Virus record (IMG/VR): IMGVR_UViG_3300025933_000001
Coordinates: 1 to 64,000 of that record
DNA length: 64,000 bases
Direction: 5' to 3' (one strand)
DNA from: a virus
Shown here: positions 53,116 through 62,426 of the stretch, piece after piece
How positions within the stretch are numbered: position 1 is the stretch's first letter
How the letters are laid out: the number at the start of each line of letters is the position of its first letter
Notes under the pieces: generated by a model
Told to the model about the DNA's origin: nothing
The model's database searches: none
Seen by the model: only the letters and a program-made list of their open reading frames with translations
Translations under genes and position numbers: made by a program

Positions 53116-55575
53116 GTGAATAAACGAAGACTGTATTGGGATATTGAGGCAACTAATCTATTGAATTCTGACTCGGTAGACTATACAGCCTCGCCATACA
53201 AGCTTAAAGATGACTTCAAAGTACATTGCGTAGGACTGATTGATGTTGACACAGAGGAACAGTTTCAATTCCTACAAGAAGATGTCAAGCTTGTTAGAGA
53301 GTTTATCTTAGATGAAGCCTGTGAATTGATTGCCCATAATAGCATTAGTTATGACCACATGGTAATGATGGCTGCTTACGGGATGGATTTTGATATCGGA
53401 GGGAATGAAGCTGGTAAGGTAGATACTGATAAGTTCTATGACAAGCAGGTAGATTTGTTGTGCGGTAAGCCTTTTACCATAACAGATACTCTTACGATGT
53501 CAAAAACTTTGAATCCAGACAGAGCACAACACAGTATTGATTACTTCGGCAGGATGCTTGGTCTTGAGAAAATTGATTGGAGGGCTAAGGCTGTAGAGCT
53601 TGGTCTGATTCAACCGAACGACCCAAAGGGAGCAGAGTTTAGAACATTCCATCCTGAGATGGTTACGTACATGATGCGTGACTGTGAAGTTGGTATTAAG
53701 GTGTGGAAATTCCTACTGAAAGAATGGGGTGATTGGAATTGGAAGAGTGCTTACGAGCTTGAGAAGCAAGTGGTGCATGTTATCACACGGCAAGAGCATA
53801 GAGGTTTTTGGTTCGATGAATCTAAAGCTGTAGAATGTGTTAAAGACCTTGATACCAAAATGTCAGAGTTGAAGGAAGTTGTAGAGCCTTTAATTCCACC
53901 TAAGCCACTTACCAAAACTGCAGCTAAGGAATACATTCCACCGAAGATTCAGTTTAAGAAGGATGGTACTCCTAGTGCCAATATCCAGAAATGGGTTAGA
54001 GATAAGCACAATGGCAGTTTGTGGGAAGAGTCGGGAAGTTGGTGGGCTGTCCTGTATGATAAGACGTACAAACTGCCAATTCCAGCAGAGCCTATCATCT
54101 CTACGATGCCTGCAACCATTCGAGACACAACACACATCAAAGGGTGGCTTGTAGAGCTAGGTTGGCAGCCTAGCAACTATAAAGAGCGTGATCTTACGGT
54201 AGATAGTAAGAAGAAGAAACTGACAGAGGAAGCTTACTACGCAGCTTGTGAGCGATATATTGAACAGACTTTGAGCAGTCCGTTCAAGCGGGATAGGCTA
54301 GAACATCTGGAAGTAGCTTCTGAGGCTGGCTTAAGGAAGAAATTACTTAAGCACGACCACATGAAGCGACCTATGAAGGTGCTGACAAACCCTACATTAA
54401 CAGTTGGCGTGGAGAAAGAAATTGATCCTAAACTCCTAGAGATGTCTGACAAGTTTGCACACGCTAAGGATGTTTCTGATTATCTTACGTATAGCCACAG
54501 ACGTAATAGCATTCTTGGCGGTGGATTTGATCCCGATGATTTAGATGACGAGGACGAGTACGCAACCAAGGGATGGCTGAGTGTAGAGCGTATTAAGCAA
54601 GATGGGCGAATCCCTACACCTGCAGATACGTGTGGAGCAGGTACAAGTCGATTTAAGCATCGCTTAGTAGCTAATATCCCTCGTGTTACTTCTATTTACG
54701 GAGAACAGCTAAGAGAGTTGTTCGGGGTTGACGTGGAAGCTGGATTTTTCCAGATGGGTTATGACTTCACCTCTCTAGAGGCAATGATCGAATCTCACTA
54801 TTGCTGGAGATATGACAACGAAGATAAGGCTTACTGCTTATCTCTTACACAAGAGAAGCCTAATGATGTTCATACGAGAACTGCCTCTAAGATTTCTGAA
54901 GTCTTGGGCAGAGTGTTTGGACGATCTCCTGCGAAGACAGTTAAATATTGTTGTGCATATGGAGGGCAACCTAAGCGCGTAGCTAAGACGATTGGTTGTG
55001 ATTTGCAAGATGGACAACTTATATTCAATGCTTATTGGGAAGCTGCTTTCCCTCTTGCAAGTCTGGTTGAGAAGTTAAAGCATTATTGGGAAACTGTAGG
55101 AGGTAAGAAGTTTATCCTTGGGCTAGATGGTAGGAAATTACCTACACGTTCGGCTTCAGCTTTAGTGAATACGCTTTTTCAGTCAGCAGGCGTAATTTGT
55201 GCTAAGAGAGCTATGGTGATTCATGATCGTAAGTTGAAAGCTGAAGGATTATCTGTAGACTTTTGGAAAGACGATTGGAAGAATGAGAAGTTTGTGCAAC
55301 AACTCATAGCGTATCACGATGAGGCTCAAATGGAGATGCACAAGAGTCTTATCAGGTGGAAGTTATTTCATACTGAGGAAGAGGCTAAGGCTTTTAAAGC
55401 TGTAAATCCTGCTTGGTCTGAAATAGGACATTCTGGTAAGGGGTATTACGTAGGCTGGTGTAGAGCAGGCGAGCTAGTGAAGGAGGCTGTACGCGAAGCC
55501 AGTCAATACTACAAATTGAATGTAACGTTATCTGCTGACTACATCTTAGGACGTAATTGGGCGGAGTGTCATTAA
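53116..55575 (+). CDS. DNA polymerase, family A with 3'-5' exonuclease
   Basis: Exo I DIEAT, Exo II HNSISYD; motif A YDFTSLE, motif B RSPAKTVKY, motif C YHDEAQ; GTG start after GGGGGAG. Confidence 0.95.
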   Translation: MNKRRLYWDIEATNLLNSDSVDYTASPYKLKDDFKVHCVGLIDVDTEEQFQFLQEDVKLVREFILDEACELIAHNSISYDHMVMMAAYGMDFDIGGNEAGKVDTDKFYDKQVDLLCGKPFTITDTLTMSKTLNPDRAQHSIDYFGRMLGLEKIDWRAKAVELGLIQPNDPKGAEFRTFHPEMVTYMMRDCEVGIKVWKFLLKEWGDWNWKSAYELEKQVVHVITRQEHRGFWFDESKAVECVKDLDTKMSELKEVVEPLIPPKPLTKTAAKEYIPPKIQFKKDGTPSANIQKWVRDKHNGSLWEESGSWWAVLYDKTYKLPIPAEPIISTMPATIRDTTHIKGWLVELGWQPSNYKERDLTVDSKKKKLTEEAYYAACERYIEQTLSSPFKRDRLEHLEVASEAGLRKKLLKHDHMKRPMKVLTNPTLTVGVEKEIDPKLLEMSDKFAHAKDVSDYLTYSHRRNSILGGGFDPDDLDDEDEYATKGWLSVERIKQDGRIPTPADTCGAGTSRFKHRLVANIPRVTSIYGEQLRELFGVDVEAGFFQMGYDFTSLEAMIESHYCWRYDNEDKAYCLSLTQEKPNDVHTRTASKISEVLGRVFGRSPAKTVKYCCAYGGQPKRVAKTIGCDLQDGQLIFNAYWEAAFPLASLVEKLKHYWETVGGKKFILGLDGRKLPTRSASALVNTLFQSAGVICAKRAMVIHDRKLKAEGLSVDFWKDDWKNEKFVQQLIAYHDEAQMEMHKSLIRWKLFHTEEEAKAFKAVNPAWSEIGHSGKGYYVGWCRAGELVKEAVREASQYYKLNVTLSADYILGRNWAECH

Positions 55576-55589
55576 CAGTGAGGTGAAGT

Positions 55590-55913
55590 ATGAGCAGGTC
55601 TTATTCGTTTGATTCTGTGCAAGTTGTTGATTGTGACATCGTTGGAAGTGTGGTGCAATGCTTACTGAGAGATATGAAAGTAAATTTCTTCTGTTTCTCA
55701 GGTTTCCCGTCAATTGGTATAGATTATGACGAGGATGGTGAAATTTTTATAATTACGCTCAGTCGTAGTAGCGTTATTAAATCTTCGTTTTGCTTGACAA
55801 AAGAGCAAGCTATAAACACGAGTAAGAGATTTAGAGCGGGGGAGTTGGATCATGATAAATCAATTTTTAAAATAGTACAGAGAGCCATCTCTGAAATTGA
55901 CAGTTTCGATTAA
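55590..55913 (+). CDS. hypothetical protein
   Basis: GAGGTG RBS. Confidence 0.55.
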   Translation: MSRSYSFDSVQVVDCDIVGSVVQCLLRDMKVNFFCFSGFPSIGIDYDEDGEIFIITLSRSSVIKSSFCLTKEQAINTSKRFRAGELDHDKSIFKIVQRAISEIDSFD

Positions 55914-56081
55914 AACCGCTTATGAACATCTCCTACGATCCAAACGAAGCCCATCTATACCACGTTAAACATCTTATCGAAGAGTGGGAAGATGGCTTAA
56001 TTACTAAAGAGCAATACCAATATAGATTGAAAGAGTTGGTAGCAATATTAAATTTTGAATTGGAAGCATTGGAGGAATGAT

Positions 56082-56303
56082 ATGAAAGGTGCAAGGAGCA
56101 GTAGAGGTGATGCATTTCTTGCTGAACTTCGCAGGCTAAGGGAAGAGAATAAGCGTTTAACTCTGAAGATAAAGCAGTTACGAGAAGTTGTAACAGAAGC
56201 TGCTTGGGAATGGCAAAGCTGTGTAGAAGTTGATTTCGCACCTATGAGTTGTGAGGCACATATTGGTAGAGCATTCGATGAATTCATGGTAAAGGAGAAC
56301 TGA
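56082..56303 (+). CDS. hypothetical coiled-coil protein
   Basis: GGAGG RBS. Confidence 0.5.
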   Translation: MKGARSSRGDAFLAELRRLREENKRLTLKIKQLREVVTEAAWEWQSCVEVDFAPMSCEAHIGRAFDEFMVKEN

Positions 56304-56530
56304 TGGGCAAACAACAATATGCTTTAATGAAATATGATCCAGCAGACGGTACAGAAAAACCATACCCATCACACGCGCAACAGTGGCGCGAGTATCACGG
56401 GCAATCAACTGCGTGGCTCTTTAATCCGTGGACTGGTACAAGGAGAGGAGCCACTGTAGTTGGCAGTGATACATTTGGGCATCTTATTATTCCTCCAGGC
56501 GAACCTGTGTATGCATATGAAAAGAGTTAA
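56303..56530 (+). CDS. hypothetical phage protein
   Basis: PYPSHAQQWR...AWLFNPWTG motif. Confidence 0.65.
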   Translation: MGKQQYALMKYDPADGTEKPYPSHAQQWREYHGQSTAWLFNPWTGTRRGATVVGSDTFGHLIIPPGEPVYAYEKS

Positions 56531-56891
56531 AGCCACAATCGAACAGATAGAGAAGACAAGCCGTACACAAGGCGCTAAAGAGCAGATGTACAAAGAGATG
56601 GCTGTAGCTTGCATACGACATCTTATTGCTAGAGAGGAAAACATCTTAATCTCTTTTCCATACTTCGTAAAATTTAAAGCTGGAGGGTTTCCTCCAAAAC
56701 AATTGGTAAAGAAGACTCCTACAAGCAACATTTACAAAATAAAAGTGAAGAGGTTGCTTGACTGGTTATTTGAACGAGGTTATTCTAAGTACAGCAGTGA
56801 AGACGTTCTCGAAGCTACGAAGGAGTTTGCTAAGAACCTTACGATGCTGGAGAATGAGATTGACAATATGTTTGACGGAGGGATCGATTGA
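56517..56891 (+). CDS. hypothetical protein
   Basis: coupled ORF, basic. Confidence 0.6.
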   Translation: MKRVKATIEQIEKTSRTQGAKEQMYKEMAVACIRHLIAREENILISFPYFVKFKAGGFPPKQLVKKTPTSNIYKIKVKRLLDWLFERGYSKYSSEDVLEATKEFAKNLTMLENEIDNMFDGGID

Positions 56892-57076
56892 GTGACATAT
56901 CTAAATGCTTTGGTACATTGTGCGATCTTAAGAAAAGTTGTTATCGCTATACAGCAGACGACCACCCTTACAGACAGTCGTATTTTGCAATTGTTCCTTT
57001 CAACGTAGAAACACAAGAGTGTGAGTATTTTTGGGATAACAAGGAGTATGAAAGTGGGAAGACCTCTCGGAAGTAA
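56888..57076 (+). CDS. Cys-rich hypothetical protein
   Basis: DISKC....C.LK..CYRY...QSYF...CEYFW. Confidence 0.65.
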   Translation: MSDISKCFGTLCDLKKSCYRYTADDHPYRQSYFAIVPFNVETQECEYFWDNKEYESGKTSRK

Positions 57077-57314
57077 GAACAAGCCAAATCAAATCAAAGC
57101 AACACCAAATGAAGCATTTAAAGCTAAAGAGCCTGTTAAAGCTGCTCCACAAACAGGAACATTTCGTGTTGGCAGGATGATCGGTAATGAGTGGGGAATT
57201 TATGCATATAGTAGATTTGGTAGTCCTCCTGTCTGTGTTTTTATATCAGATTCTGAGAGCAAGGTTTGTTCTGTTGCAGAAATACTGAATAAAGCTGTAG
57301 AAGGTAGTTTGTGA
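57048..57314 (+). CDS. hypothetical protein with AT-hook-like motif
   Basis: GRPLGSKNKP; AAGGAG RBS. Confidence 0.6.
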   Translation: MKVGRPLGSKNKPNQIKATPNEAFKAKEPVKAAPQTGTFRVGRMIGNEWGIYAYSRFGSPPVCVFISDSESKVCSVAEILNKAVEGSL

Positions 57315-57400
57315 TCTATTATGTGGTACTATACAATCACACTACTTACTTACGAGATGATGTTAATTTATTGGAATGAGTTACTAAAAGGAGAGACAAA

Positions 57401-57772
57401 ATGAATAGTATGCAACATGAATTTAACGCTGTATGTGAGCACTTGATTAAGCAAGGTAAGCCAGCAATGGGTGAAGAAGGTTGTATGTACAGAGCTGAAG
57501 ATGGTGCTATGTGCGCAGTAGGCTGTAGAATTCCAGATTCATTGTACAAACCGGAGATGGAAGGAATGATGCTGGAGTCTTTGGTTGCACAGTTTTCAGT
57601 GTTTCTACCGCCAGAGATTGTTGAATATTATGACATGTTTAAAGATATGCAACGAGCACATGACAATATGAGCGTACTCGATTCAGATGAGATGATCCCT
57701 TTCTTGAAGAGGCAACTCCGTAAGGTAGCACACGACTATGCCCTTGAAATCCCTTCCTGCATTTCTGAATAG
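57401..57772 (+). CDS. hypothetical phage protein (paralog of 58789..59193)
   Basis: HLIKQG...CMYR...CAVGCRIPD...QRAHD. Confidence 0.75.
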   Translation: MNSMQHEFNAVCEHLIKQGKPAMGEEGCMYRAEDGAMCAVGCRIPDSLYKPEMEGMMLESLVAQFSVFLPPEIVEYYDMFKDMQRAHDNMSVLDSDEMIPFLKRQLRKVAHDYALEIPSCISE

Positions 57773-57784
57773 TTGAACAAAGGA

Positions 57785-58033
57785 ATGAATATGTTTACAA
57801 TTATCACTTGTGCAATAATCTGGTTTGCCTGTGGATTCATTGCAGCAGGGTATGAATTTGCTTATTGGCAACGTAGATACCCGATGTTGTCTCGCTACAC
57901 AACCAAGACAGATGCTAGTCATGCTTGGATAGATGTCATATTAGGGTGTGCAGCGTTGTTTGTCGTTGTTGCCAGAGGGCACAACAATCATGGCTGGAAG
58001 CTTTGGTTCGGAAAAGGATTGTATGAATATTAG
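57785..58033 (+). CDS. small membrane protein
   Basis: two hydrophobic segments. Confidence 0.55.
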   Translation: MNMFTIITCAIIWFACGFIAAGYEFAYWQRRYPMLSRYTTKTDASHAWIDVILGCAALFVVVARGHNNHGWKLWFGKGLYEY

Positions 58034-58343
58034 CAACATTGTGGATAAAATTCTCTTGCCCATCTCTGTTTTGATGGTTGTAGGGTCAGTGATTATTTTC
58101 AATAACGCAGAAGCCAGAAGCTCTAAACCTGTAAGACAATTTGTATCTGTTCACGCATGTCCAGTTACGGGGAAGTTTGAAAGGCATTGTCCTGGCTATG
58201 TTGTAGACCACATTGTCCCTCTGTGTGCTGGAGGACCAGATAAGCCAGATAACATGCAATGGCAGGAAGTGAAAGAGTCTTATAAGAAGGATGCTGAGGA
58301 AAGGAAGCTTTGTAAGAGGCTTAAGAAGGAGGGGAAGGTGTGA
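58023..58343 (+). CDS. small HNH-motif protein with an N-terminal signal/TM segment
   Basis: hydrophobic leader ending AEA; CPGYVVDHIVPLCAGGPDKPDNMQWQ. Confidence 0.75.
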   Translation: MNISNIVDKILLPISVLMVVGSVIIFNNAEARSSKPVRQFVSVHACPVTGKFERHCPGYVVDHIVPLCAGGPDKPDNMQWQEVKESYKKDAEERKLCKRLKKEGKV

Positions 58344-58792
58344 AAGTACTATTTCTTGACTTGGATGGGGTTGTCAACTCTCGTCGTACAGCCGTAGCGT
58401 GTGATGGCTATCCTTACGACTTCAGTAAGAAAGAAATGGAAAGGTTTGATCCAATTGCTTTAAAGCTGATACGTAAGTTGTGTGAAGAGACAGGATGTTC
58501 TGTTGTACTCTCTTCTGATTGGAGATATTCTTGCACAGTGCACGAGGTTGCTAACGGGCTTGATCTACCAGTTATAGATTTCACACCAGTAAAAGGGTTG
58601 CATAAGAAAAGAGGTGAGGAAATTGCAGCATGGATGTTCGATCACCCTGAAGTAACGCAATATGCTATCGTAGATGATAACAACTGGATGCTGTCAGAAC
58701 AACAAGATAACTTCGTACAAACGAATGAAGAGATTGGTCTTACGTTGCGAGATTATCTAGATTTGAAAGCTATTCTTATGAGCGAGGAATGA
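58340..58792 (+). CDS. HAD-superfamily phosphatase (Swiss-Army-Knife RNA-repair-like HAD)
   Basis: FLDLDGV, VVLSSDWR, RGEEI..W, YAIVDD. Confidence 0.82.
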   Translation: MKVLFLDLDGVVNSRRTAVACDGYPYDFSKKEMERFDPIALKLIRKLCEETGCSVVLSSDWRYSCTVHEVANGLDLPVIDFTPVKGLHKKRGEEIAAWMFDHPEVTQYAIVDDNNWMLSEQQDNFVQTNEEIGLTLRDYLDLKAILMSEE

Positions 58793-59193
58793 TGAACTCA
58801 ATGCAACATGAATTTAATGAAGTATGTAAGCACCTCATAAAACAAGGTAAGAGGGCATCTAAGTATGAAAGGTATGGCGGATGTAAGTATAGGACAGAAG
58901 ATGGACTTAGTTGTGCAGTAGGATGTCGCATTCCTGATTATATGTATGATCCTGAATTTGAAGATAGAAATGTCGGCGAATTGATCTCTCGTTACAAAGA
59001 GATGATACCTTCTGAATTGATTGAATATGAACACATGTTTTCTGCTCTACAATACGTACACGATGATCCAAAAAGTTGGATTACTACAAAAATTTTGAAA
59101 TTACGACTACGTGAAGTAGCTAAGTCTTTTGACTTAGAAATTCCAGACATTATCAAGGAGGATAGCAATGAGCAAGAAAGTTGTACACTATAG
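58789..59193 (+). CDS. hypothetical phage protein (paralog of 57401..57772)
   Basis: MNSMQHEFN..C.HLIKQGK...CAVGCRIPD...QYVHD. Confidence 0.75.
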   Translation: MMNSMQHEFNEVCKHLIKQGKRASKYERYGGCKYRTEDGLSCAVGCRIPDYMYDPEFEDRNVGELISRYKEMIPSELIEYEHMFSALQYVHDDPKSWITTKILKLRLREVAKSFDLEIPDIIKEDSNEQESCTL

Positions 59194-59374
59194 TAGACTG
59201 GTATTTTGCCAAGTAGGATGGGGAGCACGAGTTGTTCCTGTAGATCATACAAACCATGAGCTAGGCCAGCATGCTACTAATGGGGAGTTGAATACTACAT
59301 CTACTGTACTATTTTATGATCCATCTACAGGAGAATTTGAAACTAAGAATAGTATTTATAAACCTCTTATCTAG
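59168..59374 (+). CDS. hypothetical phage protein
   Basis: PVDH...TSTV...FETKNSIYKP. Confidence 0.65.
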   Translation: MSKKVVHYSRLVFCQVGWGARVVPVDHTNHELGQHATNGELNTTSTVLFYDPSTGEFETKNSIYKPLI

Positions 59375-59394
59375 TGTTTTTATTGTAATAGTAG

Positions 59395-59423
59395 TTGACA
59401 AATAGCAGCAAAATCTGTATCAT
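59395..59423 (+). promoter_or_regulatory. promoter TTGACA-17-TATCAT
   Basis: hexamers and spacing. Confidence 0.8.
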
Positions 59424-59474
59424 TGCGATTGCACATGAACGTGTTCAAATAAACTAAATTTAAAGGAAATACAA

Positions 59475-60386
59475 ATGGCTTTCAAACCAAAGCAAAAGAA
59501 TACCACTACAACTAGCACCTTCGAACCTCGTAACTTCCCTGTACCGAAGGGTGGAGCACGTAAGGCTCGTGTCTCTCTGATTGTTGATCTTGGTACACAA
59601 ATTCGTGAACCTTATGAGGATCAAGATGGTAAGCGAGTTGAGCCTAAGCCATGTCAACAAGTCGCTGTCTTTGCTGATCTGGTAGCAGATACAGTAGACT
59701 ATGGTGGTGAGATTGGTAAGCAACACTATCGTCTTATGCTGAATAAGTCGTTTGCTGGTGTTGTGCAAGGAATCAACTTCGCTTTTGTTCCCCCGAAGGA
59801 TGCTAAAGGTAATTTGCTGGAAGGAAAGCCTTGGACTCTTCACCCTGCTAATCTTCTTACAAAGCTTGCTAAGGCAGTGGGAAAGCCTGAAGTAGCTACG
59901 ACAGGCGATATTGAGCAATTGCTTGGTGAAGCCTTCATTGCTGAAGTTGAGGTGAATGAGTCAGAAGATAAGAATGGCAAGAAGGATAACGATGGTAATA
60001 TCATTGTCTACAGGAATGTAAACTACAAAGGAGCTTCTAAGGTTCCTATGGTGGAAACTGGAGAGGAAGATGAGGATGGTAATCCGATTGAAGCTCCAAC
60101 ACCTGTAGCAGAACTCAAACAACCTGCTCGCTGTGTTACGTTTGAGAATGCGACAGTGGAAGACATCAAGTTTATCCGTCCTAACTTGATTAAGATTATC
60201 AAGCAAGCTACCGACTATGCTGGTAGCCAGATGCAGAAAGCTATCGAAGCTTTTGAAGCACAGCAAGCTAGCAAGAAACAGGAGACAGAAGAGAAGGAAG
60301 AAGAACCTAAAAAGCCAGCAGCTAAGAAGCCTGCAAAAGCTGCTTCTCCGGTGGAAGATGATGAGGATGAAAATATTCCGTTCTAG
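59475..60386 (+). CDS. putative single-stranded DNA-binding protein
   Basis: ARVSLIVDLGTQ OB-fold-like start, acidic tail ending DEDENIPF; own promoter and terminator. Confidence 0.7.
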   Translation: MAFKPKQKNTTTTSTFEPRNFPVPKGGARKARVSLIVDLGTQIREPYEDQDGKRVEPKPCQQVAVFADLVADTVDYGGEIGKQHYRLMLNKSFAGVVQGINFAFVPPKDAKGNLLEGKPWTLHPANLLTKLAKAVGKPEVATTGDIEQLLGEAFIAEVEVNESEDKNGKKDNDGNIIVYRNVNYKGASKVPMVETGEEDEDGNPIEAPTPVAELKQPARCVTFENATVEDIKFIRPNLIKIIKQATDYAGSQMQKAIEAFEAQQASKKQETEEKEEEPKKPAAKKPAKAASPVEDDEDENIPF

Positions 60387-60398
60387 TATGTAACTAAC

Positions 60399-60432
60399 AG
60401 CCCTTACTCTTTATAGGGTAGGGGTTTTTTTT
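60399..60432 (+). terminator. rho-independent terminator
   Basis: gcccttactct-ttat-agggtagggg followed by T8. Confidence 0.75.
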
Positions 60433-60449
60433 GCTTATGGAGGAAGTAA

Positions 60450-60758
60450 ATGACACGAACAATTAAAGTATTCCCTGATTATTGCAGCACAGGGCTGTGG
60501 GAGAATCAAATAAGTGTTGATGTAGAGCAATTTGATTGGTTGCCTTTCTCTGCAACTATGGCTCTTCGGTATTGGCATCGTGCATGGGAGATGCTGTACG
60601 ACTACGAATCTTGTAAGTGGATGGGGTCTACTTCATACTATAAAGAGTGGTACGAAGACGGTAAAGAGCTTGTGAATATTATGAATGAGTATTGTCACTA
60701 CCATGGTATTGAGTTTACCTATGCGGCTGAGACGCCTGAAGAATTGTTCGGAGGGTAG
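60450..60758 (+). CDS. hypothetical protein
   Basis: IKVFPDYCSTGLW motif; GGAGG RBS. Confidence 0.65.
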   Translation: MTRTIKVFPDYCSTGLWENQISVDVEQFDWLPFSATMALRYWHRAWEMLYDYESCKWMGSTSYYKEWYEDGKELVNIMNEYCHYHGIEFTYAAETPEELFGG

Positions 60759-61814
60759 ATGACTAGATTATGTTTTGATATAGATTTTATCCTCTTTGCA
60801 GCAGCCTCTGTGGCAGAACAAAACTACATTGTTGCTACTCACATTCCTACTGGTGAAAAGATGGAATTCGAGAACCGTACAGCACTATGGGGAGATTGGC
60901 GTAAGAAGAATGGTGGATGGCTTGGGCAACAAAATAAAGAAGCTGGAGAAACAATCTATCTAGCAGAAGAGTTTGTTGTAGAAGAGTGTAAACGCCCTAG
61001 AATGCTTACGTTTGACGGTAAGGTAGTAAGCCCTCTCAATGGAGCAAAACGTTTAGTAGACCAGAAGATTGAAGAAATCTGTAAGAAGCTTGGTACGAAT
61101 ACGTATTACGGATACACTGGAAGAGGGGAAGTATTTAGGCATGACGTAGCTACTTTACAGCCTTATAAGGGCCAGCGCAGTGAAGTTAAACCTCTTATCC
61201 TAGAAGAGTTAAAAGATTATGTAATCGAGAAACATAACATCCAGCTTGTTACAGGTATTGAAGCCGATGATGCCGTTAACATGGATACTCACCAAGCTTA
61301 CGAACGTTGGAAGAAGTCTAAAAGTGACGATGATAAGCTTGTGGCTGTGGCAATAGATAAGGACAATAAACAGACGCAAGGCTTCCACTACAACCCTGAC
61401 AAGGACAGTGCTGTACGTGAAATTAATGGTTTCGGTAAGCTGTGGTTGGACAAGAAAGGGGAAGTGGATGGTGAGGGGAGATGTTGGCTTTACTACCAAA
61501 TATGCTCTAAAGATCAAGCAGACAACTATGCCGCTAACTGCATGTCTGAGGTGAAATGGGGAGAAAAGTCAGCCTACGAGGCATTGAAAGACTGTAAGAA
61601 CGATAGAGAAGCTTGGGAAGCAATTGTTAGAGTATTCAAGAGGCTTTATCCTGAACCTAAGACAATTAAGAACTTCAGAGGGGATGTTATAACTATTGAC
61701 TATCTTCATGTTATGCAAGAAATGGCTACATTAGCTATGATGCTTAGGTATGCTAATGGAGATAAGATCGACGTAAAAGCTGTACTAACTAAATTAGGAA
61801 TTGAACATGACTAA
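60759..61814 (+). CDS. 5'-3' exonuclease (T7 gp6/flap endonuclease-like)
   Basis: FDIDF, FRHDVA...YKGQR...KP, EADD, IDKD, D.ADN. Confidence 0.88.
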   Translation: MTRLCFDIDFILFAAASVAEQNYIVATHIPTGEKMEFENRTALWGDWRKKNGGWLGQQNKEAGETIYLAEEFVVEECKRPRMLTFDGKVVSPLNGAKRLVDQKIEEICKKLGTNTYYGYTGRGEVFRHDVATLQPYKGQRSEVKPLILEELKDYVIEKHNIQLVTGIEADDAVNMDTHQAYERWKKSKSDDDKLVAVAIDKDNKQTQGFHYNPDKDSAVREINGFGKLWLDKKGEVDGEGRCWLYYQICSKDQADNYAANCMSEVKWGEKSAYEALKDCKNDREAWEAIVRVFKRLYPEPKTIKNFRGDVITIDYLHVMQEMATLAMMLRYANGDKIDVKAVLTKLGIEHD

Positions 61815-61969
61815 GGCAGACTTAATCTTAGCTATCCTTGTGGCTACGCAAGAGAGGACAATATTAGTTCCGAGTAGTGGCTGGTATTCGACGAAAGATT
61901 ACTACGAAGATACCCTGTATTACATTGACCCACAAACACTAATTCAACAGCTAGAGAGGATTGGACAAA

Positions 61970-62257
61970 ATGACTAAGAGAAAGATTACAAAACGTATAG
62001 AGTCGTTTATTGACATTAATGGTTGTTCGATTGAGCAGGTTATCCATTTACTTACGGTTTTTAAGAATCATCATGGTGAAAATGCTATCTTTCTTTACGA
62101 TTATTGTGACGATGGTTATGACATTCATCTTGTGACAGAACGAGAAGAAACGGATGAAGAATACAAAACTCGCACAGACAAGGAGAAGGAACAGAGACAA
62201 AAGACAATTGAATACCACCAGAGGCAACTTGAAATGTTGAAGACACAGAATGGCTAA
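61970..62257 (+). CDS. hypothetical protein
   Basis: REETDEEYKTR motif. Confidence 0.6.
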   Translation: MTKRKITKRIESFIDINGCSIEQVIHLLTVFKNHHGENAIFLYDYCDDGYDIHLVTEREETDEEYKTRTDKEKEQRQKTIEYHQRQLEMLKTQNG

Positions 62258-62426
62258 ATACAAAATGCTAATGGAGGGTGAGGATGGTAAAGAATATCGC
62301 ATCTTCGTTGACTACGATGATGAAATTGCTCTAATTATGACTGTGGATGAAAAAGGCTACACAATAACTTGGGAAGGGCACCCTGATAAGTTTCAAGAGG
62401 CTTTGAATGAACTCCAAGGGAAATGA
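62250..62426 (+). CDS. 58-aa hypothetical protein (not in ORF track)
   Basis: MAKYKMLMEGEDGKEYRIFVDY... fills the gap with coupled overlaps. Confidence 0.5.
   Translation: MAKYKMLMEGEDGKEYRIFVDYDDEIALIMTVDEKGYTITWEGHPDKFQEALNELQGK

Noticed and set aside
51615-55575. Z-genome (2-aminoadenine) system
   Set aside because: No PurZ or DatZ is recognisable in this window; the HD protein at 39797 has SpoT/Mesh1-type motifs instead
53116-55575. Intein or intron in the DNA polymerase (also checked in TerL and the helicase)
   Set aside because: The ORFs are continuous and of ordinary length, with no intein splice-junction or LAGLIDADG motifs seen
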